A DNA stretch of 64,000 bases, from the IMG/VR virus record IMGVR_UViG_3300030616_000001, positions 1 to 64,000 of that record, one strand, 5' to 3'. This DNA is from a virus. A program made the position numbers and the translations under genes. Below are positions 38,221-48,206 of the stretch, piece by piece. Every line of letters starts with the position of its first letter. The stretch's first letter is position 1. The notes under the pieces are model-generated. The model was given only the letters and a program-made list of their open reading frames with translations, had not been told where the DNA came from and did not search any database.

Positions 38221-40171
38221 CGTCCTCCTCCGCCTCCAGGTCGTCCACGTCCCGGAACTCCGCGGACAGGTCCATGTCGAACCCGGCCTGGCGCAACTCG
38301 TCGGTGAGGATCGCCTCGACCCGCTTCGCCAACTGGTTCAGCTGGTTGGTCAGCTGCGCCATCGTCGCCACCTGCTCCTCGTCCCCCTCCTCGGGTACGA
38401 CCTGGCCGCCCTCGCCGATCCCAGCGAGGGTCATCGGCATCGGCCACCGGCTCCACTCCTCCTCGACCTTGGCCAGGCCGCGGTTGAGCGCGTCGCCGAG
38501 CAACGTGCGGATCTCGTAGGGCAAGAGGCCGCCGTGGGGCGCCGCCACCTTGATCAGATCAGCGATCTCCTCGGGGCTACGGGTCGGCGGGGAGTTGGAC
38601 CGGAACTTGTGCAGGCCGACGCCGATCCTGGGCAGGATGTACTTGTTCACAACCCAGTCGATGTCCTCGCGCTCAGGCTCGAAAACCTGTTCCTCCGCGA
38701 ACGACAACGCCGCGATGGCCGTGGCACGGTTGAGGTTCTTCGGGGTGTAGCCCCGCAGCATCGGTGGCAACCGGAACGAGGCGCCGATCCGATCCGCGCT
38801 GCGCTCGTCGTAGTTGGTGAAGGTGGCGTCGTTCTGCTGGGCGGACCGAAGGGACTCGAACTCCATCGTGGGCATCAGGGTGCGCTCCTCACCCTTCTGC
38901 TTCATGGGGTGCGCCTCCACGACCAGGATCTTGTGGCGGTTCTCGGACCCGCCGAACTCCTGGGTCATCCGCTGCTCGAGGCGGTCCTTCATGTCCCGGG
39001 GCACCTTGCCGCCGCCGACGAACAGGATCCCAGGCGGGATCGCGCTGCTGTCCAGGTAGAAGTAGTTCGTCTCGTCGGCCTCGCGCACTCCCAGAACGGC
39101 CAGGAGGTTGCCGATCCAGCGTGGCGGCGGACACGGGCTACGCGGGTCGTGGAGCGGGATGTAGATCAGCTCGTTGGCTTCCTTCGCGTCCTTGCCCTCG
39201 CCGCCGTCTTCCTCTGGGCGCCGCATCTCCTGGACCGACTTGTAGATCGTGCCCGTGGTGGCGCTGATCACCCGTGGATCCCCGGGGGACTTGTAGTAGG
39301 ACTTGCGGTCGCCGACGATCTGGACGTACCTGCGGAACCGACGGTGCACCAGGACCTCGCGTCCTTCGGACAGCGGTGTGACAGGATCCGGCTCGGTGAC
39401 CTCGACCAGTTCGCCCTCGTCCCGTAGCGGCCGCACCGTGTAGCCCGGGATGTAGTTGAGGCGCTTCAACCGGTCGTAGCCGTCGGTCAGCATCTCCCAC
39501 GCGCCCCACCCGTGCGCCTCGATGTCGTACCTGGTGACCCGGCGGAGTTTGATGAACGACATCGCGCTGCAGCACGTCTTGAAGAACGCCTCGAACAGGA
39601 ACTGCTCTCGGCGCAACGCAACGCGCAACTGCTCGCGGACGTCGTCGATCTCCTGGTCGGTGATCTCCCCGTCGTCGTCCTCGTCCACCGGCTCGCCGGC
39701 GTCGGGATCCAGTTCAGGATCCGGCTCGTCCTCGTCGGCCTTCTCCGCGGCGTCCAGGGCGGCTTCCTCCTCCTCGACCCACCGCTCGATCTGGAGCGCG
39801 TTGCGGATCGCCTCGGTGGCCTCCTCGCTGTCCAGGTCCTCCATCCACGACTCGCACACCACGGCCTGGAAACCATATCCCTCGATGTTGGTCTGATAGG
39901 CGGCGATGTTGGGCGCGACGTGGGGCGTCAGCTCGATGTAGTTGAGAAGGGACTCGGGGTCGTAGGGTGGTTCCACCGCGCCGGCGTCACCGTACACCTC
40001 GCGCCGACGGTCCAGGGCGCCGATCGCCTGACTCTCGTCGACGGAACGGCCGGTCATCACCGCTGCCTTGGCCAGGACCTCCCGGATGTCCACCACGAAC
40101 CCGGTGTCGTCCGTCTTGCCCTTGGTGGTGTGCCCGCCCTTGGCCCCGCCTCTTTTCGCGGGACCCCCCAT
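38213..40171 (-). CDS. Portal protein (PBSX-type)
   Basis: VEPPYDP, DIEAHGWGAWE, ANELIY, PRW, IPPGILFVGG, SFRLPP...G...NRATA...EEQVFEPE. Start at ATG 40171 (TGATG overlap). Confidence 0.92.
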   Translation of the reverse strand: MGGPAKRGGAKGGHTTKGKTDDTGFVVDIREVLAKAAVMTGRSVDESQAIGALDRRREVYGDAGAVEPPYDPESLLNYIELTPHVAPNIAAYQTNIEGYGFQAVVCESWMEDLDSEEATEAIRNALQIERWVEEEEAALDAAEKADEDEPDPELDPDAGEPVDEDDDGEITDQEIDDVREQLRVALRREQFLFEAFFKTCCSAMSFIKLRRVTRYDIEAHGWGAWEMLTDGYDRLKRLNYIPGYTVRPLRDEGELVEVTEPDPVTPLSEGREVLVHRRFRRYVQIVGDRKSYYKSPGDPRVISATTGTIYKSVQEMRRPEEDGGEGKDAKEANELIYIPLHDPRSPCPPPRWIGNLLAVLGVREADETNYFYLDSSAIPPGILFVGGGKVPRDMKDRLEQRMTQEFGGSENRHKILVVEAHPMKQKGEERTLMPTMEFESLRSAQQNDATFTNYDERSADRIGASFRLPPMLRGYTPKNLNRATAIAALSFAEEQVFEPEREDIDWVVNKYILPRIGVGLHKFRSNSPPTRSPEEIADLIKVAAPHGGLLPYEIRTLLGDALNRGLAKVEEEWSRWPMPMTLAGIGEGGQVVPEEGDEEQVATMAQLTNQLNQLAKRVEAILTDELRQAGFDMDLSAEFRDVDDLEAEEDDG

Positions 40172-40488
40172 CACAGAACCTTGCCGGCGATCTTGAGCTC
40201 GGCGCTGTTGAGGACCCCGGCGTTGGTGCCGTTGACCCGCACGTAGTTGTACTGCGCGGGGATCACCCCCTGTGCGTCCGCCGGTCCCAGGCCCGCCTGG
40301 ATCGCGGTCCACACGTCGCCGGCCACCGAACCCTCCAGGGTGAACACAGCCACCACCCCCACGTCGGTCTGGTACTCGTACCCCTTGTCCGACATCTGGC
40401 GCACGTCGTGCTCGTGGCCGGCGCCCAGGGGCAGCGAACCTACCGGGTTCTCGTCGAACGGATACACTCTGATCTCTGGCATCGCCAT
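40171..40488 (-). CDS. Small beta-sandwich protein (possible virion decoration)
   Basis: FTLEGSVAGDVW...YNYVRV jelly-roll-like pattern. Confidence 0.5.
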   Translation of the reverse strand: MAMPEIRVYPFDENPVGSLPLGAGHEHDVRQMSDKGYEYQTDVGVVAVFTLEGSVAGDVWTAIQAGLGPADAQGVIPAQYNYVRVNGTNAGVLNSAELKIAGKVL

Positions 40489-40498
40489 GTGGTCCTCC

Positions 40499-41038
40499 TC
40501 AGTTCATCGAAGCTCGGGACGCGGCCATCGCCTTTTGCGCCAGGTCCCGCGCGTCTTGGTCGGCCAGTGGGTCGGCGGCCTGTCGCATCAGGATCCGCGT
40601 CGCCGCCACCCGAAGGTCGTTCCAGTCCTTGCGTCGGTGCATCAGTTCCAGGACCTTGTTGACCGCGTCCTTGGACGCCTTGGCCTTGCGGTCGTCCACC
40701 ACGTCCCGGAAGAACGCGGCCAGGATCCGGGGCTTCTGCTCGTCCGGTGCCGCGTGAAAGTCCGCGAGGAGGTGCTCATGGAACACCCCGTCGTCGATCT
40801 GCTGCGCCGCCTCTTTCATGATCCGGTCGAACTCGTCGGGCTGGACACCACCGTCGGCTCGGCTCACGCACCGGCAGATGATCGGGATCTGCTGCGGCCC
40901 GTTGCCGTCGCCCAGGTCGGCGTTCTTGTACCCCACGATCCCGCGGCCGTTGCACCGCTTGCACCCGGGCTTGGCCTTGGCCAGGTCCACGTGCTTGGCA
41001 AGCCGCACACGAGGCGGCGCCTGATCACGCTTGGTCAT
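40499..41038 (-). CDS. Zn-finger protein
   Basis: CKRCNGRG...CRC. Start set at ATG 41038. Confidence 0.6.
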   Translation of the reverse strand: MTKRDQAPPRVRLAKHVDLAKAKPGCKRCNGRGIVGYKNADLGDGNGPQQIPIICRCVSRADGGVQPDEFDRIMKEAAQQIDDGVFHEHLLADFHAAPDEQKPRILAAFFRDVVDDRKAKASKDAVNKVLELMHRRKDWNDLRVAATRILMRQAADPLADQDARDLAQKAMAASRASMN

Positions 41039-41618
41039 CGTCCCCCTCCAGTTCCTTGACCCGTCCCTGCCACCACCGCCGCAGACAGCCGCGGCACTTG
41101 GTCTTGCCGAAGTCCTTGGGGTGGTGACGGCACTTCGTCTCCCTGTCCACGTGCGTCCCTGTGCCTGGTTCTGCCCGTTGGAAGTGGTCACGTAGGGTTC
41201 CGGTCGGGACCAGGACGCGGACAGGCGGCAGGTCCCCGTCTCGGACCACGCACGGCACCAGGAGTTCCATGTGGTCGGGGCCGCCAGTGAACAGGTCCGG
41301 TCGGATCTCCACCGCCTCCTCCCACACCTCGTCGCACTCCTCGATGTCCTCGAGGGCGCGTTCGAGCTCGGCGTCGTCCACGTCCACCTCGGTGCCCCCG
41401 GGAAGGCCCAGGCGCAGACCCAGGACCCGCTCCCACTGGTCGTCGTTGACCGCGGCGATCACGGTGTCGTTCAGGGTAACGAACGCCTTGCCCGCGAGGG
41501 CGCGGTATGGGTGCTGTGCAATCTCGGTGGTCACGGTCACGTCTCCGTTGTCGTAGCGGCTGTACTCCGCGCCGGTTTCCACATCGCGCATGGTCGTGGA
41601 TTTAGAACGGGTACTCAT
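41025..41618 (-). CDS. Hypothetical protein with C-terminal Cys/His cluster
   Basis: CRHH...CRGC. Overlaps the terL stop, start uncertain. Confidence 0.55.
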   Translation of the reverse strand: MSTRSKSTTMRDVETGAEYSRYDNGDVTVTTEIAQHPYRALAGKAFVTLNDTVIAAVNDDQWERVLGLRLGLPGGTEVDVDDAELERALEDIEECDEVWEEAVEIRPDLFTGGPDHMELLVPCVVRDGDLPPVRVLVPTGTLRDHFQRAEPGTGTHVDRETKCRHHPKDFGKTKCRGCLRRWWQGRVKELEGDDDQA

Positions 41619-43191
41619 GCTCGTCCTCGTCACCGATGTGGATCTCCATTACATCTTCCCCCCCGTCGGCGTCCACGTCAAGGAAGTGCGTCCGTGCAGC
41701 ACCGACCAGCTGCGAAAAGGCGTCCACCATGTCGTCGTGCTTGCCGAACGGGAACTCGATCAGTTCGTCCACGAGGCTGCCGCGGCTGCCGTCGAACAGG
41801 TCGCCGTTCGGGTCCAGGTGGGCCGAGAACACCACCTTGCCCTTTTCCAGCAACGGAGTGGCGCCGAGGAGGCGCATCTGCTTGCTGATCTTGGGCTTGG
41901 TGACCTTGATGTGGCCCTCCATCTCGGGGTGTTCGTTAATGACCCACTCGTCCACGGTGGACAGGCCGATCTTCTCGATCAGGACCAGCCACGGATCGTA
42001 TGTCTGCGCCTCGGCGTGGATCACGTCGGCCAGGGTCTTGACCGACATCCGCTGGTGCCAGGCGTCCACGATGTACAGGACCCCGCGCTCCTGGTCGATC
42101 GCGCCGACGCAGCACCCAGTGTAGTCCTGCTGCTTGCTGGTCTTGGACCGTGGGTTGGGCGTGCCGGCGGGGTCGTAGCTGGTGAAGAACACCAACCGAT
42201 CCTGCTCCACCAACTCGGCGAACCGTTGGTCCTGGCGCAGGTCGCTGAACTCGAACCAGTCCGGTCGGATCAGCGCGGACTCTATGTCGATCGCCTGGTT
42301 GCGGAAGGCCCGGTTGAACTCGATGCTCTGGATCTCGTCGAACCGCATCCGCAGCGCGGCCTCACTCCACTTGTCCGGCCAGATCGCGCCGAAGTTGGCG
42401 TCGATGTCGTACCGCAGCACCTTGTACGTGGTGCCGCCCATGATCTCGTGGGACAGGTCCCCGGGGTGCCACAACGTGCAGATGTACCAGACGCGGCTGT
42501 CCGGCTCGAGGAGGTTGGTCCAGTCCGCCTTCCACGCCTGCTTGATCTGCTCGCGGAGGGCCGGGAAGGTGAGGGCGTTGCGGCGGTCCACCACGTCGTC
42601 GGCGATCAGCAGGTCGGCGCGGCCGCCCGTCGCCGTGGAGGTGATGCCCAGTGCCTCCACCGACGCGTCCCTGTGTCTCGCGGATCGCATCAGGACCAGA
42701 CGGTGCGCGTTCCATGGCGCGTCAGGGTTCGGCCGTAGGTCGGGGAACACCTCCCGGACACGCGGGTTCGTGGTGATGTGCTGGTCGATCTCGAACAGGC
42801 GTTCCTTGGCCCGCCCGTCGCTCGCGCACACCACCTTGGTCCGCAGGTTCGGGTTGTTGCCCAGTTCCCAGATCACGCGGCCCACCACGTTGCTGGTCTT
42901 GGCGTGGTCACGAGGCGCGATCACCATGACCCGCTGATACCGATCCCAGGCCTTATGCCACTCGTCGTGGAACCACTGCTGGGCGTAGGGAAGGCGGCTC
43001 GACTCGTCCAGGAACGCATACTCCATGAACGCCGACGCCGACTTGCGAGCGAGGGCGACGTGGTGGTTGCGAATCGCCACGGCACGCTTGACCAGGCGCT
43101 CCCGGGACGGTGGTCGGATGAACTTGTCCGCGACCAGCCGCGGGAGGTGGCCCACCGGAGGGCGGAAGTCCTTGTGGATCGCGCCGTCCAC
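41602..43191 (-). CDS. terL: Terminase large subunit
   Basis: Walker A APRDHAKT, Walker B LLIADDVV, RNase-H nuclease SYDPA...HDDMVDA. Confidence 0.95.
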   Translation of the reverse strand: MDGAIHKDFRPPVGHLPRLVADKFIRPPSRERLVKRAVAIRNHHVALARKSASAFMEYAFLDESSRLPYAQQWFHDEWHKAWDRYQRVMVIAPRDHAKTSNVVGRVIWELGNNPNLRTKVVCASDGRAKERLFEIDQHITTNPRVREVFPDLRPNPDAPWNAHRLVLMRSARHRDASVEALGITSTATGGRADLLIADDVVDRRNALTFPALREQIKQAWKADWTNLLEPDSRVWYICTLWHPGDLSHEIMGGTTYKVLRYDIDANFGAIWPDKWSEAALRMRFDEIQSIEFNRAFRNQAIDIESALIRPDWFEFSDLRQDQRFAELVEQDRLVFFTSYDPAGTPNPRSKTSKQQDYTGCCVGAIDQERGVLYIVDAWHQRMSVKTLADVIHAEAQTYDPWLVLIEKIGLSTVDEWVINEHPEMEGHIKVTKPKISKQMRLLGATPLLEKGKVVFSAHLDPNGDLFDGSRGSLVDELIEFPFGKHDDMVDAFSQLVGAARTHFLDVDADGGEDVMEIHIGDEDEHEYPF

Positions 43192-43192
43192 G

Positions 43193-43789
43193 CTACTTCT
43201 TCTTGCCGCTCACCTGGAACTTGTGGCCGCACTCGGGACACGTCGCCTCCACGGTGATCGTCACGTTGGACTTCGCGTCCTTCTTCTCCTGGAGGGCCTT
43301 CAGCTGCTCGTCGTTGGCCTTCTTGAACGCGTTCCAGTCGAAGTCGACCATCTGGGAGAACCCCTCCAGGGTTTCCCGGTCGAACGGCATCGTGGTGTTG
43401 AGGTCGGCCACGTTGAACTCGGCGCCGCTGCCGCTGGTCATCTCCTTGATCAGGACCGCCAGCTTGGCGTCGTCGCGCTTGAACTTCGTCTCGTTCGTCT
43501 CGATGGCGATCCGCCACGCCTGGGAGTCGGTGATCGGGCCAAAGTTGAAGCACACCGCTTTCTTGATCCCCAGGTGGTTGAACGCGGCGAGGCGGTGGTT
43601 CCCGTTGATCACCTCGAAGAACCCCGTGTCCAACTCGCGCACTAGGATGTTCTCCACCTGACCGTTGCGCTTGATGTTGGCGATCAGCTTCTCGGCCTGG
43701 TCCGGGTCCTCCACCTTGTAGTTCCAATCGGCGCCTACGAGCTTGCCCACGGGCAACTCGATCCATCGCGGGTCATTGAGCTTGGCCAT
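43193..43789 (-). CDS. ParB/Srx N-terminal-domain protein with C-terminal Zn ribbon
   Basis: NIKRNGQVENILVR...EVINGNHRL and C-terminal CPECGHKF. Confidence 0.85.
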   Translation of the reverse strand: MAKLNDPRWIELPVGKLVGADWNYKVEDPDQAEKLIANIKRNGQVENILVRELDTGFFEVINGNHRLAAFNHLGIKKAVCFNFGPITDSQAWRIAIETNETKFKRDDAKLAVLIKEMTSGSGAEFNVADLNTTMPFDRETLEGFSQMVDFDWNAFKKANDEQLKALQEKKDAKSNVTITVEATCPECGHKFQVSGKKK

Positions 43790-44636
43790 CGCGCATCTCC
43801 TGTTGCGCCGTGTCGGCGCGTGTCTGGTCGTTCCACTCGATCCCGCGCTCGCGCCACATCGACGTGACGGACTCCTGGAGGCGGTGTCGTTTCATCAGCC
43901 ACCGCGTGAACCGCACCTTGCACTTCTCGGCGCCAGCCAGGTCCTCGCGTTGTTCAACTTGGGCGGCGAGCACGGCCTCGACGGTGTTGAGTCCCTTCTC
44001 GGCCAGGTCCCGCAGCTTGTAGGTGCGCCCGTCCTGCATGTGCCACGTCTTGTTGCCCGCCTGGAGGGATCCGGCCGACGAGTCCGCGGAGTAGAACGGG
44101 TAGCGGCGCAGGATCTTCTCGCTGCCCACGCCGAACATATGGATCTTGCGGGTGTCCCGGTACTTGGCCAGGACGCGGGCGTATAGGTCGTCGAGCCAGA
44201 TGATCTTCGCCGCGTCGCTCTTGCCCACCACGCCGCCCAGGCAGAAGAACTCGTACCGCTCGGCCAGTTCCTCGAGCACCGCGATCGGCTCCCCGAAGTG
44301 GTAGGTGGGCAACGGCGCGAACCCCGCCTCCTCCATGACCCGCTGGTTCTCCGCGCTGGCCACCGGGTCGCCGATCACGTCCAGCCCGGCGTACACGTCG
44401 ATCAGGTGGGACCGGTCGGCGATGAACTTCATGTACTCGTCGATGTCGATCTCGATGCCCAGGGTGTTGGCGCTGTGGGCGCCGCTGTCCAGGAAGAAGT
44501 GGAACCTGTCGTCGAGCAGGTCCACGGTGGGCAGGAACCGCTGGGCGTAGACGTAGCTGATCAGGACGTTGGGATACAGCGTCTCGATCACCGCCTCGAG
44601 ATCCTGGCGCTTGATCACGACCTCGAACACCCTCAT
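43773..44636 (-). CDS. dpdA: DpdA-like DNA 7-deazaguanine transglycosylase (TGT fold)
   Basis: FFLDSGAHS, LDVIGD, PTYH, CLGG, IHMFG, SADSS TGT-barrel motifs with no tRNA-TGT C-terminal CxCxxC Zn site. Start at ATG 44636 (ATGA overlap). Confidence 0.85.
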   Translation of the reverse strand: MRVFEVVIKRQDLEAVIETLYPNVLISYVYAQRFLPTVDLLDDRFHFFLDSGAHSANTLGIEIDIDEYMKFIADRSHLIDVYAGLDVIGDPVASAENQRVMEEAGFAPLPTYHFGEPIAVLEELAERYEFFCLGGVVGKSDAAKIIWLDDLYARVLAKYRDTRKIHMFGVGSEKILRRYPFYSADSSAGSLQAGNKTWHMQDGRTYKLRDLAEKGLNTVEAVLAAQVEQREDLAGAEKCKVRFTRWLMKRHRLQESVTSMWRERGIEWNDQTRADTAQQEMRDGQAQ

Positions 44637-45223
44637 GACAGCCCCCATGCCTTGTGCGCCTGGACGTTGAGCCGCCAGGGAATCTCGCTGGTGTTCTCCT
44701 CGATCAGGTGGACCGCCCACCGCACGTTCTCGGGAACCAGGCGGTCCCCGTCGTACGCGGGGGACAGGAAGTAGTTGTCCGCGGCGATCAGTGGCACCGG
44801 GATCTTGCACCCGGCCTCCACGATGTACTTCAACTCGGCGACGGGGCGGCTGAAGTTCTCGATCAGGCGCGACGGGCCGACCTTGGGACTGACCACCACG
44901 TAGTCTATCCCCTCGGGCACGGCAAGCGTGCCGTTGGTTTCGATTGTGAGCATGGCGCCGAGCGCGTGGAGTGCGCGGACCAGAACGTTGTCGACCTGGA
45001 GCGCGGGTTCGCCGCCGCACAGGGACACAACGTCGGCCCCCAACTCCTCGACCTCGTCCAGGATCATCTGGAGGGACATCTCCCTGGCGTTGACGTGCTC
45101 CTTGGTGTCGCAGAACGGGCAGTTGAGGTTGCACCCGCTGAACCGCAGGAACGTGGTTGGGATGCCGATCCTGGCGCCCTCGCCCTGGATCGACCGCACG
45201 ATCTCGTGGACCTTGTACAGCAT
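44633..45223 (-). CDS. queE: 7-carboxy-7-deazaguanine synthase (radical SAM)
   Basis: SIQGEG...FLRFSGCNLNCPFCDT, GGEP, IETNG, SPK, QAHK. Start at ATG 45223. Confidence 0.95.
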   Translation of the reverse strand: MLYKVHEIVRSIQGEGARIGIPTTFLRFSGCNLNCPFCDTKEHVNAREMSLQMILDEVEELGADVVSLCGGEPALQVDNVLVRALHALGAMLTIETNGTLAVPEGIDYVVVSPKVGPSRLIENFSRPVAELKYIVEAGCKIPVPLIAADNYFLSPAYDGDRLVPENVRWAVHLIEENTSEIPWRLNVQAHKAWGLS

Positions 45224-45978
45224 CAGTTGTGCCCCCTCTCGTCCCGGTGCGCCCGGTCGTAGGCCAGTTGCTCCGGGGTCTTGACATTCTGCTCCCCGTC
45301 GTACCAGCCGCCGGCCCACAACGCTTCCTCCCGCTGGCGGCATGAGTCGCACTCGCCGCAGTGGGCGTCGCCGTCCAGGTAGCACGACCACGTGGCGTCG
45401 TAGTCCACGCCCAGCTTGCGCCCCAGGTCCACGATCCTTGCCTTGGGCCAGGTGGCGAACGGAGCACAGATCCGCGGGTGGAACGACGGGTCGGTGCCCT
45501 CCCGGGCCGCACGCTCCATCGCCTCCACGAACTCGAGACGGTCGTCCCAGTAGTTGCCGCTGTCCAGGCCGTTGGCGCCGAGGTAGATGCTGCTGATCCC
45601 GTGGGCCTCGGCGAACCCGACCGCGTAGGCCAGGAAGATCCCGTTGCGGAACGGGACGTAGCTGGCCGGCGTGCCGCCCTCCTCGATCTGGCCGCGACTG
45701 CGCCCCTTCGGAAGCCCCTGGACCGCGCTGGTGTTGGCCTTCAACAGGCCGCACTCCGGGGCCATCCACCCCATGTCCACCCGCACGATCTTGGTGGTGG
45801 CGCCGTACTTCTGCGCGTTGTCCACGGCAACGTCGAGCTCACGCCGCAGCGTCTGTCCGTAGTCGAAGATCAGTGCGACGATCTCCTCCGGGTTGAGCAG
45901 GTGCATGTTCTGCATCCGCGCCAGGCACGTGGTACTGTCGATCCCGCCTGACAGTAGGATCACCGCTCCTCGATTCAT
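45223..45978 (-). CDS. queC: 7-cyano-7-deazaguanine synthase
   Basis: LLSGGIDS PP-loop, YVPFRN, TWSCY...CGECDSC Zn site. Confidence 0.93.
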   Translation of the reverse strand: MNRGAVILLSGGIDSTTCLARMQNMHLLNPEEIVALIFDYGQTLRRELDVAVDNAQKYGATTKIVRVDMGWMAPECGLLKANTSAVQGLPKGRSRGQIEEGGTPASYVPFRNGIFLAYAVGFAEAHGISSIYLGANGLDSGNYWDDRLEFVEAMERAAREGTDPSFHPRICAPFATWPKARIVDLGRKLGVDYDATWSCYLDGDAHCGECDSCRQREEALWAGGWYDGEQNVKTPEQLAYDRAHRDERGHN

Positions 45979-45981
45979 CTC

Positions 45982-46560
45982 CTACCCCTCCCGGCCCGCG
46001 AAGGCCATGAACTCGGCCCTGGTGCGCGGGTCCTCGAGGAACCGTCCACGCAGGGCCGTTGTGGTCATCCATGCTTCCCGTTTCTCCACACCCCTCGCCA
46101 CCATGCACAGGTGACGACCACGGACCAGCACGCCCACGCCCAGAGCACCTGCGGTGGACTCCACTACGTCCGCGATCTGGTCGGTCATCCGCTCCTGGAT
46201 CTGGAGGCGGCGGGCGTACACCTCGACGGCACGCGCCAGCTTGGACACCCCCACCACCTTGCCGTTCTTGTCCGGCAGGTAGGCGACATAGACGTGGCCG
46301 TAGAACGGCAGGATGTGGTGCTCGCACGTGGACCAGTATTCGATGGGACCGAGGCACACCATCTGGTTGTAGCTGTCACTGGCGAACGCGGTCTGGAGGA
46401 TCCCCTGGGGCTCCTTGTCGTAGCCGCCGAACAGGTGCTTCCAGGACTTGACCACGCGCTTCGGCGTGTCCTTCAACCCCTCCCGGTCCGGGTCCTCACC
46501 GATGTACTCCAGCATGGTCCGAACCGCGGCGAGCGCGTCTGCTTCTGTCGGCCTGGTCAT
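45982..46560 (-). CDS. folE: GTP cyclohydrolase I
   Basis: [42 protein letters not shown]. Start at ATG 46560. Confidence 0.96.
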   Translation of the reverse strand: MTRPTEADALAAVRTMLEYIGEDPDREGLKDTPKRVVKSWKHLFGGYDKEPQGILQTAFASDSYNQMVCLGPIEYWSTCEHHILPFYGHVYVAYLPDKNGKVVGVSKLARAVEVYARRLQIQERMTDQIADVVESTAGALGVGVLVRGRHLCMVARGVEKREAWMTTTALRGRFLEDPRTRAEFMAFAGREG

Positions 46561-47045
46561 TGGATCGCCTCCTCGTAGTCCGCCTCCCACGTGGCGCACG
46601 ACTTCTCCGTCTCCCACACGTCCACCCTGATCACGTCCGCGCCGACCACCGGGATCTCGGCCAGGCCCCGGGCGATCATCGACGCGAGCAGGGTGGCCAT
46701 GTTCTCGGCGGTGGGCATGTTGATCATCACCACGACCCGCAGGTCCAGGTCCGCGGCACGGAGCACCTCCAGGAGCGGATCCTGCTCCCACAGGATCACG
46801 GCGTGGTCCCACGGCACCGTGTCCGCGCCGCACCACTTCCCCTCGTCCAGGATCCCGCGCACCACCGTGGACAGGTCCTTGAAGTCGGCGACCATGCCGG
46901 TGGAGGGACCGACGCGGCGCAACTCGGCCCCCTCGAGATGGGCGACGACGCGGTAGCTGTGGCCGTGCAGGTTGCGGCATCCACCCTCGTGGAGTGGCAG
47001 TCGGTGTGCCGCCTCGAATTTGAATTCCTTGCTGATACTGTGCAT
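46557..47045 (-). CDS. queD: 6-carboxytetrahydropterin synthase
   Basis: FEAAHRL...[22 protein letters not shown]. Confidence 0.95.
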   Translation of the reverse strand: MHSISKEFKFEAAHRLPLHEGGCRNLHGHSYRVVAHLEGAELRRVGPSTGMVADFKDLSTVVRGILDEGKWCGADTVPWDHAVILWEQDPLLEVLRAADLDLRVVVMINMPTAENMATLLASMIARGLAEIPVVGADVIRVDVWETEKSCATWEADYEEAIQ

Positions 47046-47519
47046 CTAGTCCTCCACCTCGTCTGGTCCGTCGAACGCGACCGGGCCGACGTCATCGCCG
47101 CCGTCGAGCGGCAACTGTTCAAGATCCTCATGGGCCGCGCCGGTCAGGGCGAACTCCACCAGCTGACCCGGGACCAGTGGGCCGCCGCACCCCTTGCACT
47201 CCTCACCAACGCGCTGTCCCGTGTTGGCCCGGAGTCCGCACTTCTGACACGTCACATCGTAGATGGCCGCGATGGCGCCGACGCCCGTCTTGTCCTGTAC
47301 ACCGAACAGGCCGTTGAGCAAGCCCAACGTGCCCAGCAGGTACAGGGTGCGCCCGTCGTCCGCCTTGTGGAACAGCACCTGGACCGTGGGGTGGTGAGCC
47401 ACCGGCGGCTCCACCGCGATCCGCGTGTTGACCAGGACCCCCATGCCGTCCCGGTCACGCTCCACCAAGTCGTTGAGCAGTTCGATCACCTCGTGCACAC
47501 TGACATTCGCCTTGATCAT
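47046..47519 (-). CDS. Conserved phage hypothetical protein with Zn ribbon
   Basis: HPTVQV...LGLLNGLFG and CQKC...CKGC. Start at ATG 47519. Confidence 0.6.
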   Translation of the reverse strand: MIKANVSVHEVIELLNDLVERDRDGMGVLVNTRIAVEPPVAHHPTVQVLFHKADDGRTLYLLGTLGLLNGLFGVQDKTGVGAIAAIYDVTCQKCGLRANTGQRVGEECKGCGGPLVPGQLVEFALTGAAHEDLEQLPLDGGDDVGPVAFDGPDEVED

Positions 47520-47536
47520 CGCGCCTCTCCCGTTGT

Positions 47537-47713
47537 TTATTCGGCCACCTGGGGCCGTTGATCGTCCGCCGCGGTGACCCGGATCCCCGGGGCTGCTTCT
47601 TGCCGCACCGAACACTGTTCGTTCCACGCCACCCGCAACAGCCGGTCCACGGTCCACGGCCACCGGCCGCGTTCCACTCGGATCGTGAATGTTCCCGCGT
47701 CCTTGGACGGCAT
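47537..47713 (-). CDS. 58-aa hypothetical protein (below ORF-track cutoff)
   Basis: Read by hand as MPSKDAGTFTIRVERGRWPW...PQVAE*. GGAGG RBS, fills the gap. Confidence 0.45.
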   Translation of the reverse strand: MPSKDAGTFTIRVERGRWPWTVDRLLRVAWNEQCSVRQEAAPGIRVTAADDQRPQVAE

Positions 47714-47716
47714 CAC

Positions 47717-48205
47717 CTATCCCTCCTGAACCTCGCGCTTGAGGTCGACCAGGACACGACGCAACGCGTCCCGTTCGTCACGGACATCGCACAGGTAGGT
47801 CACGATCTCCTTGAGGCGTCCGAGCATCTCCTGGCGCTCGACCCGCTGTTCCTCGATCCTGTTCACCGCCTCGGCCCGACGCGCCCTGGTCTGGCCCAGC
47901 TCCTCCTCGAGCGCGGCCACGCGGCGGCACAGGTAGTCCACCACCGCCGTGGGCGGCACCTCGTTGTCGGTGGCGCACGTCTCCGGGGTGGTGAACACGA
48001 CGCGCTCGTCCAGGTTGCGGACGGTGGCGTGGTCCGGGATCCCCAGGAACCGCCGCAACCGGCCCCGTTCGGCGCTGTCCTCGATCAGTGCACCAAACCG
48101 CCGCGCGATCTCTGGGTGCTTGGTGGTCAGGATCTGCGCGTCCTTGGCGCCCATGACCTCCCACAGCATCTCCAGGGCCACGTTCTTGCCTGGTCCCTCG
48201 CCCAT
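47717..48205 (-). CDS. Hypothetical coiled-coil protein
   Basis: Start set at ATG 48205. C-terminal heptad repeats. Confidence 0.55.
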   Translation of the reverse strand: MGEGPGKNVALEMLWEVMGAKDAQILTTKHPEIARRFGALIEDSAERGRLRRFLGIPDHATVRNLDERVVFTTPETCATDNEVPPTAVVDYLCRRVAALEEELGQTRARRAEAVNRIEEQRVERQEMLGRLKEIVTYLCDVRDERDALRRVLVDLKREVQEG

Positions 48206-48206
48206 C

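Noticed and set aside
42590-42615. TerL Walker B reading DD instead of DE as a sign of inactivation
   Set aside because: The hhhhDD variant is a normal feature of a large terminase subgroup, and the other motifs are intact.
43773-47045. Host-type queuosine tRNA-modification operon or preQ1 riboswitch
   Set aside because: No queF, queA or queG. The TGT-fold protein lacks the tRNA-TGT Zn domain and is flanked by ParB and terL. There is no intergenic space for a riboswitch before queD.
36787-47719. Genome-wide amber (TAG) reassignment suggested by in-frame TAG-ATG/GTG junctions
   Set aside because: Conserved genes (capsid, sheath, folE, ssb, baseplate J) end at TAG at their expected C-termini and are not fragmented, so the standard code fits.
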